Below are positions 22,494 to 35,765 of a stretch of 35,765 nucleotides of DNA, in pieces. Origin of the DNA: Bigelowiella natans CCMP2755 (Eukaryota; Protista; Cercozoa); contig ADNK01001702.1 in assembly GCA_000320545.1 (NCBI GenBank), positions 1 through 35,765 of the forward strand, read 5' to 3'. Positions within the stretch are counted from its first letter, which is position 1, and each line of letters starts with the position of its first letter. The translations under genes were made by a program, and so were the position numbers. Under the pieces are notes generated by a model, which saw only the letters and a list, made by a program, of their open reading frames with translations, was not told the DNA's origin and did not search any database.

Positions 22494-23904
22494 ATGCTGT
22501 GGAAGGCCTCGGTAGCAATGTCGGAGAAGGAGGAGGATGATAATGTACGAAAAGGGCACTCGGCATTAAAGTTACTGAAACTGCTCCTTACTTGGACGAC
22601 GTTTATCGCCTTCTGCGCACTTCCTGTTATTCCCAGTCAACGTCGCCTTCTCGATGGCCATGTGCATCAATTTCGTAGAAAAATGCAAATGCAGCATACA
22701 ATCCAACTGTCATCTTCATTTCCTCGTCCCTTTAGCTCCTATTCTCGCATGCCGATGATATACTCATACCGGGGCGGCTCCTCTGGCCGTCTGGAGGGAG
22801 GTTCAAGAGATGGTGGTAACTATGGTTGTAGCAGCGAAGAAGAGGAGACCCAAAGATGGATTCGAAGGCTGAGGAGACTTGAAGACTCAGGCCGACTATC
22901 ATCAAGTTCAAATGTGACAGATGTTAGCTTACAGGTCCGCAGTTGATTCATTTTTCTCGGTGTTCGTTCACAGGAGTTCGCACTAAACCAAACGTTCCTT
23001 CCTCGCGTCTTGCTATTACATACTGTTTATTAGGGTGTCCTGAAATTGTGTATGTTCTACGGTATTCCTCCGCCAGACGAAACAAATCGTACCGATGTCG
23101 AGAGGTGTATGCGAATCACGGATGCGCTCAAAAAGGCAGATATCGACGAGGTGGAACAAGAAATGAAGCGACTGGAAATTGAGGCCATGGAAGAGCTTGG
23201 GATAAATCTAACGACGCATCAATCAATTAAATTTGGGGAAGAAGAAGAACAACAACTTGAAGCCGATGGAAGGCTTCCAACCAACGTTACAGATTTCTTG
23301 GAAAAATGTCAGAGAGAGCTAAAGCATTATAACATGAACAAGTGTCTTCAAGATAACATTGCCCAGGCCGCCGTTGACGGTTGGAATGAGAAAGCAAGAT
23401 CTTCTGACGATGCAAGATCTCCTGACCATGTTGCTGCTGGGACTCCTCTTCCCTCCTCCCACATTCCTGATCTTTTGCATAATTTATCAACAGCTTCTTC
23501 CTCGAACATAGGCAGCAACAAAACGACTCGTCCCCCTTCCTCATTCTTCCCATCAACAACATTGAGAGATAGAATGGTCCAGAGTTCGGAGGCAAGACTC
23601 AATCTTATCAGAATGCAAAGGCATTTCCACAATCTTCTCAAAAATGGTCGATTCTCCTTTATCTTTTCGCCACCTCTGTCTCGTCATTGAAAGGTATTTA
23701 TAGCAGATTCTGATTTACTGCATGTCGTCCTTTTTTAGTCAGGAATCATTCGAAGTGCGAAGACACCTCAAGAACAAGACTGGAAAAGGAAGAAACAGCT
23801 GGCTCAAACTCCATTCAGAATAAACAACTAGCCAGAGAAAAAGATAAAAGCAAAAAGGAGAAAGAAGAGGAAGCTGCTTTCCTGCGAGGTAGTTACCTCT
23901 TTAC

Positions 23905-23950
<46 letters not shown>

Positions 23951-24032
23951 GTCACTTCTCTTGAGTCAAAATAAATATTTATACGTTCTTAATTTATTCG
24001 TCGCTCGGTTGCTTCCCCCCTTTTTTGGTTCG

Positions 24033-24073
<41 letters not shown>

Positions 24074-25955
24074 ATATTTATTTATAAATTGAAGGTGTGA
24101 AAGATGCGCTGGTCCACTACGAGGACGTAGCGAGCTTGTTAGATCTCCCAAAAGTACATTTTATTTCTGATGTGGGCGCTTATGTCCAAAGATGTACCGC
24201 AGAGATCGATCGATCGGTGCAATACGATAAGAATAACAATGGTCGATCAATCTCTTCTTCACAAGCACAACGCCTAACACGGGAACTACAGGCCTGTGAG
24301 AGAGCTGCTAATGATGCAAGTCATCTAATGGAACGCTACCAGAAGGTGGTTTTGGTAGTGGAAGGAAGTAGGAGGACCGAACCACCGTGCTACAACACAA
24401 AAAAACAATTTAGTTGTAGTAGTAGTAGTAGTAGTAGTAGTAGTATCTATGGACACTAGCATGGTAGCACATCAAAGAGCCCATTTATTAGAGAAGAAAA
24501 CAACTAGGGGAATTCAACTCTTTCAAAAATACGGAATGCTAGTATACGTTTCACACATTAGAATGCCGCAGCAGGGCATGCTAACTGCCGTCCGTCTTCG
24601 CTCCGAACAATTTCTGATACGAAGAAGTCAACAATCATGGATATGATTGAATACTGTCTGTAGTAGAAGAGAGGGGGTTCTTATTTTTGAGAGATGACCG
24701 TTACTTGTGGAAATATGATAAACTTGCCTTTTGAAGATAATTCTTTTGATTATATAATTTGTATTGCAGTTTATCATCACTTGGATACCCTAACAACATA
24801 TCCAATACAGGTATGGGAGGTGCTTGCAGAACGTAAAGCTGGATTTAGCAGTAACCTAATCCACATCGGGGAGGCACTATTGGCGGTCGAAATCTTTGCG
24901 GATTTTGTCTCATCATCATCATCATCATCGTCGTCGTCGTCGTCGTCGTCATCATCATCATCATCCAAGCACCCGCCCACAGAGGGTGAGAAAAGCAGAT
25001 CTTCCTTTTCTTTTCCCACAACTGCATTATCTACCTCGGGTCTGAACGCCTTGTTACGGGATCAAATTAAGAGTTTTGATACTCGCAACATTACGTTCAA
25101 TGATACTGAGAAGGCTGTCGATTTGGACACCTCCCAAATGATGGAAATTATCTTTCCTTTAACAGAAAGGTAAGTTCTGCTCCATAAACATCAAATGGTT
25201 CTTTTCGTCCCTTTTCCCCCAACATAGAAAACATTCTTCGGAAGATTCTCTCAATTTTAGACTACTGTTGCTTCGTTTTTAGCGTATTTATTTACATACA
25301 CACATTCTCTCTCTCCCTCCCTCTCTTCCTCCTCCTCTTTCTCCTCCTCCCACCCCCCCCTCTCAATCTCCTCCCCCATTTTCCCGTGTGGTTGTTGTTG
25401 GCACTGACGTGTTTGTTGGCGTCCTTTTGTTTTTCTTCTATCTTGGAGGTGCAATGTAAGAGCGTTGATGAATGCAAGTGCAGTTATCGGTCCTGTCGTG
25501 TACCTCGGTGCGGCAGATATACAGTTGAGAACCAACTTCACAGGTGGATCATCAGAGTTTTAGCAGCTTAAAAAAAATAAAAACACTTTTGAAACACAAA
25601 ATATTGAAGGCGCAAAGCGTCGATTTGTATTTTCTGAAACAAAAATACATATTCCCCCCCCCCTCCTCTGCATACACATTTTATATATTTATGGATATGA
25701 TATCGAAGAAATAATAACAATGAATACAATATAATTACGTGATTGTTGCTTGTAGGTGCTCGAAAAGTTTTGTCAAGAATATTCTTGCAAACCTCAATGC
25801 TAATTCAACACACGCAACGCGAATTGAACGCTGCAATGGACAGTTATCATACGGCAAAGCTAAACAATTTACGACTTGTCATGCATCAGAATGCTCTCAC
25901 AGAAGGATTGAATGAAATTCTGAATCGTAAGGAAGGAGACAATTGTGAAAGATGA
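22494..25955 (+). CDS. Multi-exon hypothetical protein with an N-terminal hydrophobic segment
   Basis: Long coding-like frames at 22494-22933, ~23034-23646, ~24095-24345, 24811-25170 and ~25756-25955, bounded by AG/GT and separated by microsatellite introns; no family recognised. Confidence 0.55.
24700..24786 (+). pseudogene. Isolated 29-codon class I SAM-methyltransferase fragment, AT-rich
   Basis: VTCGNMINLPFEDNSFDYIICIAVYHHLD matches the Methyltransf_11-type LPF.D.SFD.....AV.HHL segment; ~26% GC (23/87); rest of the domain absent. Confidence 0.7.
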
Positions 25956-25989
25956 GTTCATTCCATGTGTCTCATTTACCTGAGGAGCG

Positions 25990-27420
25990 TGTTCTTTCCC
26001 CGGCAAGCCGGCCATCTCACAGCAAACTAATGATCCCATTCTGTGCACATCTAGATGTCCAGATGTGCATCGCACACACGGTTTGCAATGCATCTCAGGT
26101 TTCATGCATCAATTAGATCTGAGCTTTTTTGATCGGACAAAATGAATGATGCTTCATGATGCAAATGAACACCTGCCCATGGCAGACCCACGTCGTGAGC
26201 ACAGCACGGATCGAATGTCAAATGTCTGTTGCATCACGCACGCTGCGCACCTGTTCTTCGTGTCTGCGTGTGTGTTTCTTGCTTGCTGGCGAGCTAGCGA
26301 GGCCATTTTGAGCTGACAATGAAGCACAAGTGCCAGACGTCACACGCCAACAATCGCATCGCAGTGAGTGACGTGCTTGGTTGTCCACTTTGGAGGCAAA
26401 AGTGGCCACGATCGACGCCAAAAACGATGACTGAGAGCGCTGCCGAAAGCCAAAGTTGCGATTGCGCGATGTGACGTGCCTGGATGCCATCACGGTGGGG
26501 AAAAGTGACGAACACTGCGCAGCACACAAGAGAACGAACTCGTGCAAACAGGTGAGCGAAGCAAACACGTGCAAGTCGGATGCGAGATCAAACGGAAGCA
26601 AGCCAGCAAATCGCAAAGTGAAGCGCGTTTTGAAGTGCATCAAAGAACGTTTTTGCACACCTTGCTAGCTCCAGAGCTTGCTGGCTTGGGCGATCGCACT
26701 GCGAGTCACGACACGACACAAAAAAAAAGTGCAGTTGAGATTGAAGCAATGTGGCAAAGCACAGACAAGTGTGCTGGAGTTGGCGCCTTTCGTCATCAGG
26801 AAGGCAATGAGACGTGCAGAAGTGGGCCACGTTTCACTTTTTTTCTTTCACTGTTTTGTGGTGCAGCTGCGTCCCAGTTTTGAATTGCGGATTGTTGTGT
26901 GACGCACACTCCAGCTCCACAAGTGGACGCTGCATTCTCACAACATGCCACGCAGTTTGAGTTTCCCACCCTTGGTGTGCCTGCATGGCACGTCACTCCT
27001 GTTGCACAAGTGCCCCACCAGGCATCAGACAGTCTGCAAGCATCAAGTTCAAAGCCGGTCTGAGTTCCAATTTGCCATCGTCTCCACATGCCTGGCCAAA
27101 AAGTGGCCTCGCACAACCTGCAAAACTTTCGCCGCATGAAATCGAGCCGGTCGTTGCTGAAGTGAACAACGGCAGGAGGAACAAGTGGGAGCACACGAAG
27201 GGGAGGTGCGTGGTGCTGCTCTCCCTTTTCCCAGAACAATGAGAACAATGACAAAGAACTACATTAGAGTTTTGTGCAACGAATTGAAGATGAAATGGTT
27301 GTCGCTGTTCGATGAATGACGTCATGCTGCACAGATTGACCCAATTACGGTCTCCTTGAGGCTGCAATGCGGAAAACGACACTGATTTTAATGAAAAGAC
27401 ATGGGACATGAGATGTCGTC
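25990..27420. other. TpA-depleted intergenic island 5
   Basis: Only 2 TpA (both CTAG) in ~26121-27255; repeated AAGTGGCC-like motifs at 26398, 26818 and 27098. Confidence 0.9.
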
Positions 27421-27809
27421 AGAAAGAATCAATCCTCAGGTTGCGTTCTGTTCTCTAAGACAGCGACGAACTAGTAGAAGCGCTTCTCCATCTCCCCCCC
27501 GTCGTGAAATCAGAGCTGCAGTCGGGAGGGAGGAAGCAGTATCCTTATCATCACTCTTCCGAAAGTTTTTTTTGATCTGGGCGGGTGAAATGCGCGATAG
27601 TGGAGGCCATAATCCTCGCACAACAGAGCGGTCTTTCTCTGCATGATGACATTCTGATCGCTGGATTCGTTTTCTCTGCATGACATCATATCGCTGTGTA
27701 CTAATTCATTCCCTTCTTTCTCCCAATATATATTACAAGCGATACTGGTTGCATTGATCCTTCGAATAATTTCCATTAAGATTGTCACTAATCCCTGCTC
27801 CACCCGATC

Positions 27810-28120
27810 ATGATGATGGGTTTCAGGATCTCAATCACCAACGAGGAAACGGGGAGAACATGTACCTACAAAACAAGACTTCCCCCCCTCCTTTCATGAT
27901 ATTTTTTCAAAAAAGACTGCCATTATTGCACTATGAGTACGTTATCTGAGTTGGACGTCATTCTATACGCATCATCATGTGTTATTTGTTTTGTCCGTCA
28001 CATAAAGGTAAAATAAAGAAATCAGATCTTGAGACTAAGAGGTATGTATGAGGTGGAAGTAGGCTTTGAGGAAGACACCCATTGTTTAGCATTGTTATTC
28101 ACTGCTTGCGGCTATATTGA

Positions 28121-28159
<39 letters not shown>

Positions 28160-28682
28160 CTTCTTCAGTCTGGACGATTTGCAGCGGTGGGCGTGCAGAA
28201 GATTTTCGATAAGGATGAATTATTCAAAGCTCAAAATCTATTCAGGGTGCGTGAGTTGGATTGATATAGTTCCACGAAGAACGTATCTACCACCTTATTG
28301 ACACGAATTACATAATAAACTACAGGGGACAACAAATAACTAGCAATGCATCGTTGGAGGCGTTCTTAGCCGAACATTCACGAATAATGGGTGAAGATAG
28401 TGGTGGTGGTGGTGGTGGTGGTGGTAAAGATACTGATGAATCTCGCAGCTCCGCACGACTAACCCTGGTGTCTGGTGAGAGAATCATCGGTAGGACAGAA
28501 AAGGGAATCAAACAACAAAAGACGAGAAGGAAGAACAAGATTAAGAGAAAGAGCAAGAGGATGAAAACATCATCTAACAAGACGATGTAATATACAATCA
28601 TTCGCCACCCATCCACCCACAGCTCAAGTAACAAAAAATGGAATGTATTTATGATTTATCAACGCGTCGACCACCGAAGAAT

Positions 28683-28745
<63 letters not shown>

Positions 28746-29622
28746 TTGTGTGTGCCCGCTAACGATTGAAACCTGTACCTATTCTCGATTTCATCAGAAT
28801 ATCTTTAAATATTTACTCTTTCTTTCGCCAACTACAGCAGTAGTAGTAGGTTTGATGACAATTCTCAAGTTATAGCGTCGTCATCATCACCATCTTCGAG
28901 ACCACGTCTGCACACGGTAATTCCTCCATATAAGCCAAGCAACAAACCTACCGTCGTAACGATGAATCTTACCTGATTGATTATGCGTGTGTATGCGTGT
29001 GTTAAAGCGCACACAATCTTGTGATCCTGTTCTTCTTCTTCTTCTTCTTTATTGTTGTCCTTTTGGATATCATCTGGTGACACCCCAGGTTGTTGGATTT
29101 GGCCTCTGCGAACGAGAGGAGGGAGAGGGGGAAGATGATGATGACACCGAAGTAAGTCGTGGAATGAAATGACGCATAAAACACACTACTTGGCTTCATT
29201 TGCCATCATTTCTACTACCATCTTCATTGGTGTGATGATGATGGGGTTGTTGTTGTTGTCATGGTAGGAATACGCTGCTAAGGTGAAAGGATGGTCTATT
29301 GTACTCTTATTGGCACTCGTTTCAGGTTACGTTGTTATTATTTGGAAACGATAAAAATAGTAGCAAATATGTAATAATATTATGACAATAATGATCATGT
29401 TTTTGAAGAATTGGGCAATATCTCTTCTCCCCCCCCCCCCCCCCCCCCTCACCCCCCCCCGAATACATTTTTTATTTTCTTCTAAAAAATTAAACGCTCC
29501 CCGCGTGGATGCTTTCACGCGCCTGTAAACGCGCGCTTATTTTCTACGGCGCATACACTTACACAACGAAGCTGTAAAAAAACCGATGGACCTCAGGGGG
29601 GGCGCTCGTGAATATCTTCCAC

Positions 29623-29692
<70 letters not shown>

Positions 29693-29912
29693 CCACAGCT
29701 ATCTGGGTGTACATATTTCTCTATGGCGCCCATTCCTACGTTGACCAGGGTTGGATGACTAGTAGTAACCATGTAGTATCTATATGTCAGGCAACTTCGC
29801 ACACATTGCCTTGCGTGAATGATACACATAATGTGTGTGTGTGTGTGTGTGTTGTTTTGTGATTTCACGTTGATTGTGTAATAAGATAATTTTGCCATCC
29901 AATCCTACTAAA

Positions 29913-29949
<37 letters not shown>

Positions 29950-30327
29950 TGTTGTTATTTTGTACACTGCATACTATATTGAATTATATTACATTGCGAG
30001 TCTCTCTCCTATCCTCCACCTTTGTCTTTTCTTCTTCTTCTTCTTCTTCTTCTTCTTCTTCTTCTTCTTCGTGTGTGCATGTATTGTATATTGTAGGTTC
30101 TCCGTCACGGGGAGTAGCAGATGTGGGGCCAATATTGAAGGGTCATCTTCTTTCTTTTCTTCCACAGTCACTCACAGTCACAAGAAGAAGCTAACTAACA
30201 AGCTGCAGCGTTATTCATATTCTGTCATCATGAGTGCTGCATATGCGTTCATGAGTGCTGCTGCATTTGTGCGTGTGTGTGTACACTGTCTCATACACAT
30301 ATAAATATACACACACATACATATTTG

Positions 30328-30361
<34 letters not shown>

Positions 30362-31039
30362 ATATATTCTCGAGAGCCTCCACTGAAACCACAGTTTTAA
30401 TACAGCATCCGTGTATGAGCGTGTCGCTGAAGAAATCGAGCAGATTCAACGAGGGTTAGGAATCATACGGAGTAGTTTAGTTTTTCTATGGGAATATGAG
30501 TGTTTGCGGGGGAGGGGGAAGGGGGGGGGGCAAATGCAAACATTTAAATTGCAAGTATCTTTATTATCATCATCATTTATCATCATTGTTGTTTTTTGTC
30601 GTGATCATCACCATTACCGGAATAATCAGCATGTGTGAAATGTGGGCGGACAATGATCAATGCAAGCTGATAAAGCGGGGATGGAAACAAAGCTTCGATA
30701 ACGGGGATGTAATGATGACACACCTCACTCACTACTAATCGTAGCAGCATTTAAGATGCTCTTAGCTATTTGCGTTTGGTGCTCTGCTAATACGACTCTT
30801 CTCTTCTCTTATTTCTCTTGCTTTCCCTCTTTTGGTCTTGATTCTTTTCTTCTCTCTGTTCTACTGCTTCCCCCTCTCCCTTCTAACAGGAGATCAAAAA
30901 TCGGCTAATTGCAAAGCTTTTGGTAGTGGTGGTAGTTGGAAATGGGGATGTAGTTGTTGGAAGTAGAAGAGTGCTATATTTGCTTACATATTTCGAGAAT
31001 TTGCACCGATGTTGTTTAGCATTAAGATTGTGTGTGTGT

Positions 31040-31081
<42 letters not shown>

Positions 31082-31672
31082 TAATAGTTCCTGCATGGTA
31101 TATCTCATCATCATCATTATCATTTTCATCGTCACCGTTATCATTATCAATTATCATCGTCATCATAATAGCATTTATCACTATTTCCTCTTGGAGCTGC
31201 CGTCGTCGTCATCATCATCTTATGTTCTTCTAATTGCTTAATTAACAGAATTCAAACTCCGATCAAATCGACTCCAATTTCACGGTAGTAATGGCGGGGG
31301 TGATAGGGGGAGAGGGGAGGGGGGGATAGAAAAGACCAAATGAAATCCAAATTGTATTGATATGCGGGGACATTTGTTTTCCAACCTCCCCATCCCCATC
31401 ACCATTATCATTACTACCCACCACTATTTTTCTCTACGACCTGTGCGCAAATCTATATGATATTTATGTAACTTTCCCCCCACACACACTTTATACTATA
31501 TATATAATTTATAGATCTTGAAAAAAGTATACTGGGGACGGGGATCTAGCACATCTGCAGGGCATGACTCTAACTTCCACTACGCATACTCAGAGCAAGT
31601 AATAATCAACCAATTTATCAACATCAAGTAGTACCTTACTGTACCACACACACACACACACACACACACATA

Positions 31673-31706
<34 letters not shown>

Positions 31707-31884
31707 TGTTCTCTTCCTTAAACAGGCGCAGCTGTACATGCAAGATATCTTCCAGAAATTAGGGTGCAATTACTAGTAGTGATGAAGAAATTACATCATA
31801 TAAAAAAGTAAAAAAAAAGTGTCCGTTTAAATCCACAGAAGCATCGACTCAACTCGTATTATTGTGTATTTATACCGGTATCTT

Positions 31885-31931
<47 letters not shown>

Positions 31932-32536
31932 ATCTATCATCAATTATTGATCATTTCAGCCTATCACTCTCGGTGCACAACGTGGCCATGGGGGGGTGGG
32001 ACTATCGATCTGGCACAATGTACTGCTTGGAGAACATTGCTGGCCCAGACGTCGATCTCATGTTCTGGGAATGGTGAGAATTATCATTATCACCCTCATC
32101 TCCTTGGTTAACACGCCACTACTATCGATAAATACCTCGTTCAATTATATGTGAGATATCAAAAAGGGGGAGAAGGGGGGGGGGGGATATATGGCAAGTG
32201 GGACAATGGTAGCAGTGAGAGGGAAGAAGAAGAAGAAGATGATGATGATAATGATGAAAGTTATTTAAATGTATGATACACATACAGGGGTTGTTTCAAT
32301 CCTTCGATTTGCTCACAAGAGGTCATTGTGAATGATGTCCAATCCCATTGAATTGAGAAATATGCTTGTAAAGTGTGATCGTTGCTAAATCGCTGCCAAA
32401 AGGCTTTGTTACGTTGTTATGCGGACGTGGAATGAAATCATGATAACAACAATAACAATAAAAACAATAATACAGGTGTTTGCTAGAGCGGCTATGTCAC
32501 TGAAACGCAGGTATATATGTTATATATATTAATATA

Positions 32537-32575
<39 letters not shown>

Positions 32576-33283
32576 ATATGCTATATATCGCTTCATAACA
32601 AATCGTATTGTTACATCTATTACCACTGCTACCACTGCTCATCACATAGATGTCTATTAAGCGTTTGTGCTGCTACCTACCCTATAGAGCAAGATTTCGT
32701 TCAATGCGTCGTGCTTTGCGGAGGCGGGGGGGGATGCAATGTTTCCTTTTGTAGTTGTCATCGTCGTCATCACCATCATCACCATCATCACCATCATCAT
32801 CACCATCATCTTACTTGCGATCTATTTGTGTGCGAAATCGACGACGATGATACTACTACTACAAGGCCGTCTGTTGTCTTTTTGGAAGAGTTTGGCGGAG
32901 GGAAACCCGGAGCTATGTTTCACTCTTTGGTCATCATCAAACATCGAATACAACAACAACTACAACAGCAACTAAAAATCACCAACATGTTTTTTGGCGC
33001 GTATGATCGATGGTGTGCTTATGGAGAATCTTTCTTCCTCACATCAAATGCATATTACTTTGATTTTCCATGAAACAACCAAAAATTTGAAAAATGAAAT
33101 CATATTAAGGCCTATTATTCTCTTCCTCGAAAAGACAAGGAGCTATTCCAAGGTGCTGTTATTATTATCATCATTGTTGTTATTGCTGCTGCTGTCGTTG
33201 TTGGCGTTCTTTATTTTTGCGCACTCAATGTACTGGCAGAAACACGCCCTGTGTATTTAACCATGTTTATCTATGCAATAGCA

Positions 33284-33321
<38 letters not shown>

Positions 33322-34436
33322 CCATCATTTGTTTGCGGACAATGCTAATAATGCAAACAAAGCTACTACAAATTGCAAATGACAAGTGGAGATGTAGGCC
33401 CGATTATATATTTGCTGATCCACACAACACCGCATACAATAACAACAACAACAACACAGGATATCTCGATCATTCTGGCTGCTCTCCAGCGAAGCATTAT
33501 GTTGGTGCGTGCATTTAGTAATTACTATTGTTATATTAATTATTATTAGCACATAGCTTATGTGATGATGATGATGATGATGATGATTATAATGATGATG
33601 ATAATGTCCTGTATGGTTATTATTCATAAAATTATCCATCTTTTTTTTCTCCTTCTTCTCACACTACTACTGCTACTACTACAACAACAACAACTCTACT
33701 AGCTCCTCCGGAGCGATTTCTGGATGATGGATGGTAGCAGCTTATATACATACATATATACATATATGCATATATATATTTATATATATATATATAAGAT
33801 ATTATAAGTATATGATGAGTAATGACGATGATGACGAAGACGATTGTAGTGGTGAGCATCTAGAGAAGGCCGTATTTGGTTTATACGCGGCGTAATTCAT
33901 AATGTGTACTATATATAATACATACAAGTTTATGTGTGTGCGTGTGTGATTAGAGAATAAGCATGCTTATTCACCTTCTTCTCCTTCTTTCTTTTCTGCT
34001 AATTAGGTATGCATCATTCGTGGCCAATATAAGTGGTTGCACGGAACCGCATAGGAATGGACTCAAATGGTCTCAATACAAGCACTAATCGATGAAATCA
34101 CAGAAGAAAAGCAGCCTCAACGAGAAAATAACAAGAAAAAAATAAGAAAAAGAAGAGGAAGAAGCACAAGACAAAAAAAGAATTGCTGACGCAATGGATG
34201 ACTTCTTTCAAAATGTGCTTGCTGTGTTGCGTGTGAGAGCATGATTGTTGGTTATAATTTTCAGGTACGATAAGCACATCTCTGAGATCGTTAGTATTCA
34301 GGTAGCCATAATGAACTTGTTGATTGAATAGTAATAATGATGATAATACAACAAGATCAATCATTCCATCAAACTTCAGCGCATTATCACTTTATGTAGA
34401 GATTATTATATAAAACACACACATACACACACACGC

Positions 34437-34481
<45 letters not shown>

Positions 34482-35663
34482 CATAAAGTGCGTGTGTGTG
34501 TGTGTGCGTTGCATATATTGAATTAATTAGGACCCCAAAGCTGTACGTGATCGAGTGTTTGCAGGGGTCAACAACCCTCTTTTCCCTGGCAAATACTACA
34601 AAAAATACGGTAGTACAAGGACCACGCTCGTCGGTGTGTTCGCTATTATTTCTTAGTCCTTTTTGCGAGGACAGAGATGCTGCTGTGCGAAGGCGAGTCA
34701 ATCGTATTGATCTACTTACATGCATTGTTATTATGATTATTATTGTTGTTGTTGTTATTCGTGCTCGCATCATCATCATCATCATCATCATTATTATCAT
34801 CATCATCATCATCATCATCACAGGCAAGAAAGGATTTGGAATCTACCGTATGAGCGCTGGTACTACATACGACGTAGACTACAAGCCATGGTACTAGAAG
34901 TAGCAGCAGTAGTAGTACTAGTAGTAGTAGTAGTAGTAGTAGTGAATACATATAATCATTAGGATCTCCCTTCTCCTATCTTCTTTGCCCATTGATTGGT
35001 TTCCCCTATTGCTACTGCTGCTGCTGCTGTTGTGGTTTCTTGATTATGAGCCTAGATCCATCCCCCTATCCATTGGTGTGTGATCTAGTCAATACGTCGA
35101 TAATCATGTTAATATTTTGCAGGTGGCTGTATCGGATGAACCTTTTCAGGTAAGGAGGGGGGGGAGGAGGAAAAGAAGAAGAAGAAGAAGAAGAAGAAGA
35201 AGAAGAAAAAGGGGGAAAAAAGAAAGAAATATAATGTAGCAGAATGATTCCCAACTTTAAATTTAAAGACGACCGAATCTACCTAGAGATTTGGAATGAT
35301 GAATTTGCATGAGACAATATAATATCACACACATATATACATATACAACAGAGTCGTCCACCACGCGGCAGTATTAGGGCACTTGCTGACAGCTCATATG
35401 GTACAACATTATGATATTTTTGTCATGCTACCACAATTATAGTGTTTATCTTGCTCTTGGAAATGGCTTCTGCCTTCTACTTCTCCTCCCATCGAGTTTC
35501 TTCTCTTCCACATTGTCGACGACCTAACAGTACCACCTTCCTCAAAAACGTGATAACTCTACCCAAACAGATTGTGTACAAGATCCTGGAATTGCTCAAA
35601 ACTGCTCTTAAGGAGGTAATGGGAGTGGGGGGGGGTGGGGTGGGGAGGGAGTTAAAATTCTAG
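27810..35663 (+). CDS. Large multi-exon gene containing an SGNH/GDSL-hydrolase-like domain; ends uncertain
   Basis: Consecutive in-phase exons from 31515 to ~32900 give ILKKVYWGRGSSTSAGHDSNFHYAYSEQ|AQLYMQDIFQKLG|LSLSVHNVAMGGWDYRSGTMYCLENIAGPDVDLMFWEW|GCFNPSICSQE|VFARAAMSLKRR|PSVVFLE, resembling SGNH blocks I (GSS.SAG), II (N.A.GG) and the strand leading to block III. Assignment of the outer exons to the same gene is inferred. Confidence 0.6.
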
Positions 35664-35765
35664 CTTAATCACTCGCTTTTCCGTGCATGTATATTGTTTC
35701 GAGGCACTCATGATTCATGCCTATCATGCCTCTTGACCTATTGCGGTATTATCATCATCGATGTG

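Larger units (their letters stand above)
1..35765. repeat. Abundant intronic microsatellites: (TA)n, (CA/TG)n, (CT)n, (CAT)n, (TAC/TAG)n, (CTT)n
   Basis: Examples: (CA)n 134-169, (TA)n 1055-1088, 6547-6580 and 19646-19690, (TAC)n 6758-6807, (CT)n 6905-7010, (GT)n 31030-31080, (CAT)n 34768-34820. Confidence 0.95.

Noticed and set aside
26297-27112. Possible TIR pair GCGAGGCCAYTTT in island 5
   Set aside because: Only ~13 bp with a mismatch, no TSD, and related motifs also occur as direct repeats.
29420-29612. Poly-C plus CG-rich segment in an intron, possibly a small mobile element
   Set aside because: No TIR, TSD or second copy found in the window.
28029-35254. Many poly-H/poly-I/CV/YI/SL ORFs in the ORF track
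   Set aside because: These are translations of intronic microsatellites.

Overview
Intron-rich eukaryotic (protist/alga-like) nuclear DNA with microsatellite-laden introns. Eight spliced genes can be reconstructed by hand, three with diagnostic domains not visible in the ORF track: an RNase H1-type hybrid-binding-domain protein (-), PIF1 helicase (+), EMG1/NEP1 (+, 12 exons), fibrillarin (-), a DUF707-like type II membrane protein (-), an F-box protein (-), an unknown protein (+) and an SGNH-hydrolase-like protein (+). The main signal is intergenic. Five islands containing repeats and transposon remnants (~8.6-9.6, 12.2-12.85 [partial], 14.65-18.2, 19.8-21.0 and 26.0-27.4 kb) have lost almost every TpA dinucleotide and are rich in TpG, CpA and CpG. 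The few surviving TpA are nearly all in CTAG. Paired TIRs, dispersed repeat copies and fossil (TA)n tracts within the window indicate the direction TA->TG/CA(/CG). This is A-to-G hypermutation at TpA confined to local domains, the mirror image of fungal RIP, and a candidate undescribed genome-defence or mutator system. All counts are manual and should be recomputed; novelty could not be checked against the literature.
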